Below, in pieces: positions 50,179 to 64,000 of a DNA stretch of 64,000 nt. Each line of letters opens with the position of its first letter. Position 1 is the stretch's first letter. The position numbers were made by a program, and so were the translations under genes. The notes beneath the pieces are model-generated. The model searched no databases. It worked only from the letters and a program-made list of their open reading frames with translations, and was not told where the DNA came from. Source of the DNA: Octopus sinensis (lineage: Eukaryota); NCBI RefSeq assembly GCF_006345805.1, contig NC_043013.1, forward strand, positions 53,258,001 through 53,322,000, in the 5' to 3' direction.

Positions 50179-51949
50179 ATATTTCTGCTGCTTTTAAATA
50201 AAACATATTACTCTACCTCTCGTATTTGAATACTCTTTTTTTCCACCTTCCTTCACATTTATGTGCTTACTCCGGTATATATATACCGACACACATATAT
50301 AACTATATACCTATGCATATATACATATATATAGATATATATATGTAAATATATGTATATATGTAACCATACGCACGTATGTCTATCCGTCTATGTCTCT
50401 CTCTCTCCCCCTCTGTGTATATGGTTACTTTGTGTTCTGTACAACAGTAATATGAATATGTTCAATAAAATTCTGTCTGCTACTTGTAGAATATTTTATG
50501 TTAATTAATAACAGTCGATGATTACATATTCCAAATCATTGTTCCGTGACATCTGTCGACCAATCACGTCATCGGATTTCAAGGTAGGAAGGTTGCCATG
50601 TTTGCATGTCTACAGACGGCAGAACGAATGAAAACATCGTTACAATACATTTTTACCTTTTACCACACACACACACATACACAAACACGCACATACACAT
50701 ACACATACGTGAACGCACAAACAGACATACAGACAGACACACACACACAATTATAGACAGACAATTGTGTTTTGGTACAGTGTATTATTTGCAGATGAGC
50801 AAATATTTCTTGAAATTGCTCATAGCTGAGGGCATTGAGTGTTGTGTGCAGTGTACGATTGCCTCGTATTTTATGTTTAATCTAGGCGTGCCTGTTGATG
50901 AGCACTTCGCCTACCAAATTTTTTTATTTGCTAAAAAATGTCAGAAACCATGGTCTAGGAGATAGATGGTAAATGTTTTTATTTTTATTTTCCTTCGAAG
51001 TTATTCCTAATAGTGGTTTGGATTTTGGCTATTCCTTCTAGCATACCAGGAATCATATGACGTATATGTGTTTAAGTGTACACTGTATTTATATGAATAT
51101 ATATATATATATATACATTCATACATAAATACATACATACGTACATGCATACATAAATACGTACGTACGTAGACACACACACGTAGAAACACACATACAC
51201 ACACACATATATACATATGAATATTGTTTTACTGTTCCGTTAAGCTAATATGAACAAGAGCTACTCCATCCAGTCCAGTGAGAGATAAATATTAATGTAA
51301 GCAGCATAAAGATAATAGCTGCTAATAGTTTATCACCGTGGAAACACGTGTTGTAAAAATCCTGCCTACGCAAGTGTTTTCTTCAGCAAGAAAGTATTAG
51401 TAGCTCATATCATTTTACTCTCTATATTACATGACATATTTGAATTTGCGTGTATAATTAAATGGATGGTTCACTACAGAATGTATAAATTCCAAGAAAT
51501 AAAGTAATAGACAGATACATTGAGTGCGAGAGAAATGTTGAGGAAAATCAGTGAAGTAAAGAATGAGGGCGATGTATAGACACATATACACCTACATGAA
51601 TTTATTTTCATGAGAACACACTGATATAATTGCAAAATCAAGTGGACATAGATATCTACGCACTAAAGCACAGTCACAAATAAATTTGTACGTATGTCTA
51701 TGTATATTGAAAAAAGCGTGTTCGATTCTAGTTACATACATGCTTTCATACAGACTCACATTTAAACCCACATGTGTCCACATTTATTTACTTACCATTA
51801 CACATGCACACATTGACGACGCACGCTATAGTTAATAAACTGGCGAGAAACTCCAACCAAGTCCTCCTCAAATCACGTTCTGCCTTATTAAAACGAGAAG
51901 GACTCATCATATAACATAGATCTAAGTCTCTTAAATTAAGCAGATTCTT

Positions 51950-52159
51950 TTATTCTTTTACTTGTTTCAGTCATTTGATTGCGGCAATGCTGGAGCACCA
52001 CCTTTCGTTGAACAATTCACCACATAACTTATTCTATCGGCCACTTACGCTTAACCGCTAGGTTACAGGGACGTAAGCACGCCAGCATCGGTTGTCAAGT
52101 GATCGTAGGGGGACAAACACAGAAACACAAACATATACAAATATATATGTATATATATA

Positions 52160-52200
<41 letters not shown>

Positions 52201-52208
52201 TGTGCGTG

Positions 52209-52242
<34 letters not shown>

Positions 52243-52405
52243 CGACAGGCTTCTTTCAGTTACCGTCAACCAAATCCACTCAGAAGGCTTTGGTCGGCCT
52301 GTGGATATAGTTAATGACACTTGCCCAAGGTGCCACACAGTTTGACTGAACCCTGAACCATGTGGTTTGCAAGAAGCTCCTTACCACACAGCCATGCCTG
52401 CGCCT
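51950..52405 (-). mobile_element. tRNA-derived SINE with internal microsatellite (family of 33771-34166)
   Basis: TTACTTGTTTCAGTCATTTGA.TGCGGC.ATGCTGGAGCACC ... ACGACAGGCTTCTTTCAGTT ... CTTGCCCAAGGTGCCAC ... CTTACCACACAGCCA. Confidence 0.8.
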
Positions 52406-53449
52406 CTGGTCACGACTGGAATATCTCTTATCATGCATTTGCCTAACTCGTGATGTCCTGGGGCTGTAGACAAGACTCCAGGATTTTCCCAGGGCTAAAC
52501 AACAACATACATTCTTTTACCTCTTACTGGTCTCAGTCATTAGACTACAGCCATGTGTGAACGATCTTCAAGAGATTTTAGACGATCAAATCGATTCCAG
52601 GACTTTTTTAAGCCCGGGCCTTATTTTATCAGTTCCGTTATGTTGAACAGAAGGTTTACAGGAAAGTAAATAAACCAGCACCGGTTGTCAAGTGATATAT
52701 GTCGGGCGTATATAGACACAAAGTCACACACCCACGCACACATACATTCACATATGTATACATAGATACATACATATTTCCATGCATACATACATACATA
52801 TATACATACATACAAGCGTACATCCATCCATACATACATGCACACATACATACATGCATACATACATATATAAATATATACATACATACATATATACATA
52901 CGTACATACATGCATACAGGCATGCATACATACATACATACATACATGCACGCGTACATACATACATGCATACTACTACATACTTACATACATGCATGCA
53001 TACATACATAAATATATACATACATACATACATGCATACATACAAACAATACCTTGTTGTTGATGTTAAAATTCCAATGAAGGAGCCTTGGATCTAGACT
53101 AGAAACTGATTCTTTTTCTATTGGTAACAAATCTTGAAATAAATTGAATAACATATATACATAAATTCACAAATACATTCATATCGCTACTACTATGTTA
53201 AACTGTCGTATATCCAAATTTGGCCAAATGCGTTTTTTTTTCAATATTCATTTTTGTTTGCAACAGCCGGTTCTATTGGTCAAACTAACTTCAGCTGCTT
53301 CAGATGCCAAGATATCAATGATTGTCAAAATGTAGTACATTGGTTTTCGTATGGAATGGTGAAACTATTTTTTCGTCTCTGATGAAACACCATTTTGGAC
53401 TTACGACACTTTTGCATAATAGCAACGACACACACACACACACACAGAT

Positions 53450-53511
<62 letters not shown>

Positions 53512-53654
53512 TTATATGAGTCCAGTCACAGGGCTTTGGCCGTCCCGAGGCTATCGTAGTCACCTACGCAATGGGACTGAACCCGGAACCACTTAGTTAC
53601 ACACCCACACCATTATTGGCATATCAGCATTGTCTCTTTTATATTTGTTAAGAA

Positions 53655-53870
53655 AATAATCTTTTCCACGATAGGCACAAAGCCTGAAATTTGGGGGAAG
53701 GGGATAGTCGATTACATCGACTCCAGTACTCAACTGGTACTCAATTTATCGACCTCGAAAGGAGGGACGGCAAAGTCGAATTTGACGGAATTTGAACTCA
53801 AAACCTAGTGACCGGCAAAATACCGCTATGCATTTTGCCCGGCGCGCTAATGATTCTGCCAGCTCGCCGG
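53655..53870 (-). mobile_element. Full-length tRNA-type SINE (second family)
   Basis: Minus strand reads GGCGAGCTGGCAGAATCATTAGCGCGCCGGGC...GAGTTCAAATTCCG (A- and B-box-like). Confidence 0.8.
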
Positions 53871-54914
53871 ATTGTTTGTTAAGAAAATATTATAAGTGAT
53901 TGAATGATATCGATTCATAATAGATCAATGATATTTTTGTCTTTGTGCATGAAGATGTTAATGTTCCTTGTATTAAAATCACAGACTATTACTTAGTATT
54001 CCTAAACCATCTTTCTCGCTTCCAAATGGCCTATTACCAACAATGCAATGACAAAATTATTATGGCTTCTCTGCGACGCTACTGATAAAGATCTCTTCCA
54101 CAAAATAATGCTGTATATATATATATATCTAACACCAATAAAATCATTTTCAAATTATGACATAATTGATTGTTTTTATTCTGTGGCTATTAACAGAGGT
54201 GTAGATGCAGTATGACCCAATGGCAAAGAGGTTCGCTTCACAGCTACAAGGTGCCAGTTTCAAATCCACTGAATTTCCACAGCCACCATAGTTTAATCCA
54301 TTGTGAAAGTGAAAGTAGGAAGTCGAACACTGCAGACACGCCCACCGCTTGGATTTTTCTGATGGTTCAAAATGTACAGTCTTATCTTACAATGTATCAC
54401 GAAGATTCTCTCAGCGAATTACGCTAAGGCTACACGTGTTTTGGAATACTCAACCACTTGCACGTCGATGAAGGTGCCGTCCCAGGAACCTCCTTAAACC
54501 ATAGTCCACTCTGTAGTCACTGCAGGAGCTAAGTTACTCTTAAAATTGCATTTTTAGGTTAACTTCTAAATATTTAGAATTGTTCACGGCTTGTTTGGTC
54601 GATCTCATATATTTTAATAGATTGATTGTGTGGAAACTGTTTCAACTCATTGCTTCGCTGCTGATGGAGCTTCTCATTCAAACGTATCATATTAAATATT
54701 TTTTATTAGTATTTTTTCATAAACTGTTTATTTTTCATTTGCTACCATTTATTATTTATCTTTCTTTTCTATCGCTCACTGAGTGTCGCTCTTTTTCTTT
54801 CCCCTTCTCTCCTTTTCTACCCCTTCCCTCTCTCTCTCTTTTTCTTTCCTCTATCTCTCTCTCATTCTGAATATATGTATGTCTTCAAATATCCGCTCAT
54901 GCACAAACACACAT

Positions 54915-54986
54915 AGATAGATAGATAGATAGATATGGATATAGATAGATAGATATGTAGATAGGCAGTTACGTAGATAGACATAC

Positions 54987-55051
<65 letters not shown>

Positions 55052-55052
55052 T

Positions 55053-55147
<95 letters not shown>

Positions 55148-55210
55148 TGGATATAGATAGATAGATATGTAGATAGATAGGCAGTTATGTAGATAGACAG
55201 ACAGATAGAT
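54915..55210. repeat. (GATA)n array with a duplicated variant block
   Basis: The variant string GATATGGATATAGATAGATAGATATGTAGATAG..GCAGTTA.GTAGATAGACA occurs at ~54932 and ~55144. Confidence 0.9.
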
Positions 55211-56829
55211 AGGAGTTAAAACCCCAATGTTTCATTAATAGACTTCCCTTGTATTTCATACACAGGGAAATAATTCACAAACAGATATATAATCATCTTA
55301 AAGAGAGGCAACTGTTCTTGGCGGCTTAGGAAACTTTGACATTAAACATAGTATATTGCTGATAAGCACGTATTTCGTCTGCGAGTGGGAAGCGACTATT
55401 CTAGGTTTGTTATTTTAAAATATAATTTACATTTTGCATGCCGACTATTTAGCTACCATATGTAGGGGATATAGGTATATATACAATTTAATAATTATAA
55501 TTCAGTGGTAGAAATAATATGTTCGAAAGCCTTCAGGTTTTATTTCTTTTCGTGATAACACTTTGCGAAAATCTCTTCTTTCGTATTTAAAATTCTGCCT
55601 CTCAGAAACAGAACCTTGATTGTTTCAGTCCCGCACAGAGGACGGTGGCTCGAACCGCCCTATATATCATTGTGTTGTTTTCTAGTTGCTTTGTCTTTGA
55701 GTTGCATATATTTTGAGAGACACACATCATAGCAGACGAAGATCTAAACGAAATGCTACGCTGTCTCTAACAATATTAAAAGTCTTTCGTTGAATCCTTT
55801 TGCGTTTTACTGTTCACTCTGACAAATCTGTGTCTGGTTTATATATTTTTCATAAGCATTTTCTAATCAAAAGATATCTAGACATCTCTCTGGTATTGAA
55901 TTTGAGTTGTGTTGTTTGTGTTCAAGGATTATAAATATTCCGTTTGAGTCAGCAATTGTAATCGTTTAGTGCCCACGCAATTACTATCGTTATAAGAGAC
56001 TTTTACATATTTATATATGGATATATGCCTATGAATGCGATACTAGCTTCCGTCGCTCAAAGCTATTTTATACACAGCCAGCTAGCCTTTTGTGACGTCA
56101 CTGACTGTTTAGTCAGTTTTCAACTATATCGGTTTGATGGAATTTCGATTTTGCATTTGCTGTAAAGGTGCCAGTTGCTGATAAAGTGCAAATTACGGTG
56201 GAATCCTTTGCTGTAACGGTCACATACACCGGTTCTTTTAAATTTACGTCTGCCGATATTATGTGTGATTTGTTTACTACTCAAGGTCCAAAGGTGGTCA
56301 TTTCTCAGGACGATTACCGCTGCATACGGGCGCTCACAAGTACCCGTCACAAGCAAGTTTGAGTTAAATGTGCAAATACACACACATATATGTATATATA
56401 TATATATAACAAACTTTGGTTGTAAAACAAATAACAAATTTTATGTCATCCACCTAACATATCACATCTCGAGCATTTAATCACATATAAAGAAACATAA
56501 CGCTTTTTCTTATACACAGAATACGGATGCGCAAAATCACAAAAGATGAAACAATATTTCATTTAGACAAGCATATGAAATAAAATATGAGTACAGTCTA
56601 TCACAAGTTAAAAAATTTATACTTCAGCGTCTAAAAAACTTACTATATAAAACCTAGAATATAAATATATAAAAATATAAAAATATGTATATACACGAAA
56701 CATAAGAATACATAAGGTATAGATAAAAATTCATTGATTAAGAATTTTTTACGATTAAAAGTTACTTTTTAAGATAAAGGGAAAACTTTTTAGGAACAGC
56801 CGATGTCCAAGGAGAAAAAAAAACATATA

Positions 56830-59800
56830 TATAAAGGGTGGCTCTCTTGGTCCTCAAATTATCTCTGCCTACTGGCGCTCAACTACAGGACAGGATGGGA
56901 TGGTGGTGTTATACTTGGTGAATAGGTCGATCAAGACCAGCTCACTCAAACATGCGACTTTAGACTGGATCGCCTTCCTCATCTTCATTGTTGGTGGTGC
57001 TGCTGCCCTCCTTATTGAGCTCCATTAGGGTTGTCTCTTTGACGGTTTCAATTGCGTTCGTTACTCGGTTAATCTGGCTGTTATTATACTCCTTCAGTCA
57101 GAACAGGCGAAACTTGGGGTGGAAGACAGCTGGCACCCCAGGTCTTCTAGAAAGAGCCTAAATTTTTCCGTGATGCCTGCCAGGATTGAGTCGAACAGAG
57201 GACTGCAGTTCAAGAGATGTTTGAATTGGCCTCCTTCAACTTCATAATGGTAGCCGCTACAGTTGGCAGAAAGCTCTCGAAATAAGCCAGGTCCTCCTGG
57301 ATTTTATCTAGGGCCTCGGCAACATTAGATATCACCTGGGCGTACTCCGTCAAGAAGCTGACATCAGAATCAGTGAAGGTCTGCAGCTTCAGCTGTGTCA
57401 CCACCCTGTGGACAGCTACCCTAGTCTTCTCCAGCAGGTTATAGTCTTCCATCTAGTACTGTTGGGTACTACCAGCCTCCTCTTCAACACACCCAGAATG
57501 CAGTATACCAGCACGAGACAATACGCCGTCCTGGCCTGCCCTCAGCTCAAGGGACATCACACCTTTGATGTTCTTACTCAGGTCACAGGTGACACCCATT
57601 ACAAGACAATGCGCCCAGGACCACGACGGACAACTGCAAAATCTTTGTCAAGTCATTTATGCAGTTTGGTTCAAATTTGAAATAAAATTTTGCCAGACAT
57701 TCCAGAGGCTGCAGCCGATCCGGACGTGAAGGACGTCGAGGATGTGGACCTGGGCGTGGATCCCGAGGATGGAGGTGTGGACGAAGTTGAGTGCATCTTT
57801 GTTTACTCCCACTTTGTTGAGTCCAGCAGCCTGGGTCTCAACCTGCCAAGGCACATGAACATGAAATGTGAAACCCATAGCTTCAGCTTGGTAGCAAGCG
57901 TTCACAAGCTCTTGACAGCGCTTCGTTGAAGTCGGCGTACAGAATGGCCATGTTCAAGGTGGGGGAATTCACTTCCTGTAAAAGTAGCATGTTGTCGACA
58001 AACACGTCTACAATCCATCTCTCCACCATCGACTGACATAAGCCAGTTTCAGCATTTTGAGTAAACGGCTCGCCAGTGCTGAGGTGGCGTGCTGCTTTCT
58101 TTGCACATGACTACGACGACTGGCTACTGGCACTGCTACTAGAAGATTGGCTTTATTTTCCACGGTAAGAGCCGGCCTTGCTCCTCTCCTTAAAATGGAT
58201 GACGGGCGCTGGGTATTCCCTCTTGACATGCGACTTCAAGTTGTAGAGGCTCGCCGCTTGTCCTTTGATGGTGGTATCCTTGGGATGGCACGTAACGCAC
58301 CGGAAGTACAGGATCTTGGCCTTCCTTTTATCCCTTCACGCAGTGCTTTTCAACCTTTTTGCTGGAACGTAAGCCCAAGGAAACATTCCACTGGCTCGAG
58401 GAACCCCTGTGCAATAATTTAATCGTCTTATGCAAAAAACAGCATTTAATTAAGGGAATGAAAATACTCATGTTCAGATTTATTTACAATAAAACACAAA
58501 CTGTAAAAAAATTGTCTCGTACATATGCAATTTTATTCTTGCACCTACAGTTATTATTAAAACGTATTAAAAAAACTTAAGTGTGAATAGATTACATTTA
58601 TTCTCATCAAGAACGCAATGAGAAACTTGAGCCTAGTGTTTCTTGCACAACTCTTTAAGACTGAGTCATGTTTATTGATAGACACACACGAAGTTCATCT
58701 TCCACAGACAGCAATTGTGCTCGTTTCTTGTGCTTGTTGGTTGTCAGGACTGAATATCCAAATTCACACAAGTAGGAGGTTGAAAACTGCACAAGAAGTC
58801 GCAGATCTTTCTGGGCAATTGCAGGATATTCCTTTTCAACCAGCAACCAAAATCCATTCAGGTTAATCTCAGAATTCTTCAACTTTAATGTTCGGTCATT
58901 TAAAACACTGGCAAGTTTTTCTGTTAATGGCAACTTTTCTTCAAATGGCTCAAATTCCACAAATGGGTTTCTAATCCAGTCATACTGGTCAACAGATATC
59001 GATGGAAAATATTTGTCAAGATTTGTTAACAGTATGCAAATGGTTCAAAATCTGTAGCGCAATTTCTTGACTATTATTTTAAAAAACACTTGGAAACATT
59101 TCCAAATTTCCTGCAGCTATGCATGTCTTCCATATTGCCAATTTCTTCTGAAAAGCATTTATTTTGTCAATAGAAGACATGCCATTGTTCAAGAGGTTTA
59201 ACTCATGAAATATATCGGCAAGATATGCTAACTTGGAACACCAATGGTCATCACTCAAACATTCTACAAAGTCTTTCAGGTTTTCTTGCAAACAAAAGGT
59301 CAATAACTCATCGAAAGATCTTTTAAAAGGCGGATTAACAACAACACCTAAATGGCTTACGCAGTTAAAATGTTTCTTCCAAATATAGTCACTTCTATTT
59401 TACAAAAGAAAACTAAACCATCATCTGAGCTGACATGCAACTCGTAGATGTGCACGTACATGGACACACCAATGATCAGGGTCATCTACGCTGACGTGTA
59501 ACTCGTAGTTGTACACGTAGGCCTAACATGTACACACATATCTGCACAGGATAATTAAAAATTACTGTCGATTTTAGCATTTATGTAACTTCTTGTGGAA
59601 CCCCTGGACTGTACTGGCCGAACCCTGGTTGAAAACCACTGCCTTGACGTGAAGATAAGGTAGTCCTTCACGTGAAAACCAATGGTTCTGAGAATCCAGG
59701 CTCTCAACCTGAGTGACCTCGGCGTCACCCTCAGCCGTTGCAGGTCGAGCTAAGACGTTTTCACTTTCCATAACGACGAGCAATAACATGATAAACATAG

Positions 59801-60135
59801 AACGTACACCGCTTTCGCTGACACTGTAAGACTGTCTGTAATGTGACAACGTCGTAAGTGAACACAACTTAAAACAGCAGAAGTACACAATGCTGCTCAA
59901 CTAGCTGCTGCTGCGCCGACATATCACGTTTTGTCAGGTGTTCCCGTAGTCAGCAAATAGCGTGCCTGACGGGCTTTTCGAGATACGCCCACGACAAACG
60001 TATAAATTTTGTTAGCAGATTTAAAGTTAGCGGGACATTATTTAGCGGAAGCTATTTTTTCCGCGAAAGGTTTCCAAAGTTGGCATAAACGCTAATCTGC
60101 TACACAAAAAGTTATCGGAACCGTGTCCACCACTG
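56830..60135 (-). mobile_element. Decayed Ac/ZBED-type hAT DNA transposon, interrupted by a nested hAT
   Basis: 5' end CAGTGGTGGACACGG at 60135 with GCTAAC/TTAGC subterminal motifs; BED finger FRCVTCHPKDTTIKGQAASLYNLKSHVKR; PNSTRW; EYAQVISNVAEALDKIQ; LFTKYNTTIPSCPVVER (dimerisation domain). 3' TIR not found. Confidence 0.75.
58341..59641 (-). mobile_element. Internally deleted Buster/Charlie-type hAT element (1301 bp)
   Basis: TIRs CAGTGCTTTTCAACC / GGTTGAAAACCACTG (14/15); 8-bp TSD CCTTCACG / CCTTGACG (7/8); transposase remnants KLAYLADIF..LN.LN and FWLLVEKEYP.IA...L....FSTSYLCE.GYS.L...K.KKR..L..EDELRVCLS. Confidence 0.9.
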
Positions 60136-61107
60136 CCTATTGTTTTCGTACACATACAAACACGCAGGCACACTTTGTGTGTATGTGTGTGCGTGTGTGG
60201 TGTGTGTGTATGCGAAAACAAACTTATACTTATTTGAACATTGTCCACACTGCTTTGCTTGCTCTTGTCCAGTTGTATATTTCATGAGTAGAGGAATAAT
60301 TCAGATACATATTTATGTGTAATTGTTATGATCAAGATAATCAAACTACACCCATACAACATTCAATACACACACACATATACACATACACAACTCGCAC
60401 GCACACATTCAAAAGCGCAAACACCCGCACAGACAAACACGTATCTGCGCGCACACACATACCCGCACGCATACACACATCCGTTCGAACACGCACGCAC
60501 GTACGCACGCTCTCACGCCCCTCTCCCGCCCTCACACGCATTCGCACATGTGATGTTATAGATATGAAAGATTAAAAATGGCTATACAGATAAACACACT
60601 TAGAGCGGCAACTTTAGAATGACAGGGAGAGAGATAGAGAACAGAAGAAAGAATGAGAGAGAGAGGGGGGGTAGAAATAGGATGATGCAAGGGGAGGTAA
60701 GAATGATAAAGTAAGGATTCAATAATTTGAATGAGGTTGTTAGAGTCGTTAGAGATCATCTGAATGGTGAAACTTCAAAGCTAATTGGTTCGATGCACAG
60801 ATTACATCGCTGAGTTGCATGTTACTAAAATAACGAAAGATATTCCCCACTTGACGTCGACGACGCTACTTGGGATGTGACTTCATATCAACTGTTAGGC
60901 TAACAGGAACTCCTTCTTCCCGCTATCCATATTAACTAGCATTTTTAATGATCTACGATCACGTGGATATGAGGCTCTTGGCTCGATTGCATTCATAGTC
61001 AGAAGATATATATATATATATATATGTATATAAATTTGTTTATTCTATCTGGATATAAATAGAGAGAGAGAGAGAGTCCGATAGAATAAGCACCAGTCTT
61101 TAAAAGA

Positions 61108-61154
61108 TAGTAGTAGTAGTAGTAGTAGTACTAATGATGATGATGATGATGATG

Positions 61155-61232
<78 letters not shown>

Positions 61233-61241
61233 GTAGTAGTA

Positions 61242-61283
<42 letters not shown>

Positions 61284-61290
61284 GTAGTAG
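61108..61290. repeat. Compound (TAG)n-(GAT)n-(AAT)n microsatellite
   Basis: Direct reading. Confidence 0.95.
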
Positions 61291-61999
61291 CTTCTCCCAG
61301 ATGCATCGCTGCAGCAACATGTGCGTAAACATCTGAAGTAATGGACTGTAATATTTCTGTACGAAAACTGCAAAACTGAATAAAATTTGAATTTTAAATT
61401 TTAATTACTTTTACATACATATTTATATAATATCTCTAAATATATGCATCTTGTTGCCACTTGGCGGTCTCTCACTGATACCTCAATAATAATTATGACT
61501 ACGAAAGGAACATCGACACATGTCTATGGGCGGTATTCAGTTAAAACGCTGTAAAAATAGACCCAGGACCCATAAAAAAAACATCCAAGAGAGGAATAAC
61601 GGTAGAAAGATATCCAGAAAAACTATGAAATAGTAGATTTATGGTTTACACACGCTACTATGCAACATTCCTCCAAAAATATACAGGAACAAAACACATA
61701 CTGTAAATACCTAACAAAATGGACAAAGCCCACAATTTGTGCGATAGAAAGCCAATATCCGACAGAAGAACACAACCTGCGCAGCACAAACAACATACAA
61801 TAAAAGAATCAATACAACAGAAGACTCAAACCAAAGCCCATAAGAAAACATACTGATGCAATACAATATTGCACCGAACCCGCAAAAAATGCAGCACACA
61901 CAACTCTACCAGCACAAAGGTGCAACAAATGTTGCAATAGAAAGTTGCTTGAAACTATTAGATCTCGGAAAATAATTGTGGTGATGATGAGAGTGGCTA

Positions 62000-62905
62000 T
62001 ATACTAATCACTTGCTTACTATTAGTGTGGAAGCTGTTAACAGGAATGCTTTCAGAAAGCGTTGACGAGCACCTTGACAACAAGGAGAACAGAAAGGCTG
62101 CAGGAAGAAGGTTAGAGGAACGCATGATCTGTTATACGTAGACAAAGCAATTCTAAATGAAGTAAAAGCTAGAAAGAAAAATCTAACAATAGCATGGATA
62201 GATTATAGGAAAGCCTATGACAGGATCCCACTCCTGGATAAATGAATGTTTGGGTATATTCAGTATAGCAGATAACATATAAGAGAATTAATTAGCTTTA
62301 GCATGAAGAAATTTAAAGTAGATCTATGCTCAGGTGACACACTTTTATGGAAAGTTAATATTAATAGAGGTATTTTCAAGGTGGAATCGTTGTCCCCTTT
62401 AATATTTGTCTTATCTTTGACCCTACTCAGTTTAGTAGAAAGGAAAGCAAGGGTAGGGTATCAGTTCAGAAATAGTAAGGGAAACATTAACCATTTGCTC
62501 TACATGGATGATCTGAAGCTTTTTAGTAAGAATGAAAAAGAGACAGGTCCCTTAATACAGACTGCAAGACTCTTCAGCAAAGATATAGGCATGGAATTTG
62601 GTATAGGTAAGTGTGTAATATTAGTCAGGAGAAGGGGACAGGTAGTCAACAGCAAAGGCATCCAATTACCAAATGGCCAGACATTAAAATCATTGAAAGG
62701 AAGAGATAGTTTAATACAGACTGTAAGACACTTCAGCAAAGATATAGGCATGGATTTTGGCATAGATAAGTGTGCAATATTAGTCATGAGAAGGGGAAAG
62801 GTAGTCAACAGCAAAGGCATCCAATTACTAAATGGCCAAAATCATTTAAAGGAGGAGAGAGTTATAAGTATCTAGGAGTATTAGAATCTGACAGAGTACT
62901 AACGC
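62000..62905 (+). mobile_element. R4/Dong-like non-LTR retrotransposon RT fragment with an internal 159-bp duplication
   Basis: [53 protein letters not shown] (GIFQGDSLSP) and INHLLYMDDLKLF. Confidence 0.75.
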
Positions 62906-63149
62906 AGATAGAGTGGGCAATTCATGAGTTTAAAAACACCACAAAAACTATGCCTGGAGATAAATCTATCAGCAAAAAAATATACACACACAAACGAATA
63001 CAGATCTGTTAGCTTAAAGAAGCTACTTTACGAGCAATGTTTTTATTCAGAGAAATCGGAGGCGGTGTTGTCTCAAAAAATTAACACTAAACCGACAGAT
63101 CCGTCCCCTAATGTCAACGTCCAAGATCGTCATGCCTCAGCGATGACAA

Positions 63150-64000
<851 letters not shown>

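Larger units (their letters stand above)
50040..50277. mobile_element. (TA)n-embedded element: 163-bp loop-less palindrome (50040-50202) plus a ~75-bp one-sided tail
   Basis: Arms 50040-50121 and 50122-50202 are reverse complements with 6 mismatches and 1 indel. The layout resembles inverted Penelope pseudo-LTRs (inference). Confidence 0.8.

Noticed and set aside
56120-56437. Non-repetitive 64-105 aa ORFs on both strands
   Set aside because: No recognisable motifs or convincing splice sites; compatible with chance.
61560-61830. Possible CR1-type 3' end (LLCNIPPKIYRN; LRSTNNIQ)
   Set aside because: Similarity is too fragmentary to call by eye.

Overview
AT-rich eukaryotic genomic DNA, dense in microsatellites ((TA)n, (CA)n, (TACA)n, (GATA)n, (AAT)n) and transposon debris. 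The tRNA-type SINE families and microsatellite load resemble an octopus (coleoid cephalopod) genome; this is an inference from repeat style, not a database hit. Only one convincing host gene is present: a class A (rhodopsin-like) neuropeptide-type GPCR at 45297-46361 (+), with all seven TM helices in one exon. The rest is mobile DNA: a full-length mariner (10828-12108), a 5'-truncated Tx1/L1-clade LINE sitting inside a (GATA)n array (21735-24550), a Buster/Charlie-type hAT nested in an Ac/ZBED-type hAT (56830-60135), Tc1, Helitron, CR1, RTE and R4/Dong-like fragments, and many SINEs. Two near-identical tandem duplications occur at 4251-8350 and 34441-35830. The most notable signal is a loop-less 163-bp palindrome (50040-50202) whose two arms each read as a minimal type I hammerhead ribozyme (U4C core variant), one per strand. 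Decayed hammerhead-like motifs recur in other short (TA)n-embedded elements. Almost all short ORFs in the six-frame track are microsatellite or antisense artefacts. Several frameshifts are 1-2 bp deletions in homopolymer runs, which suggests long-read assembly error. All protein family calls are by-eye motif recognition; no searches were run.
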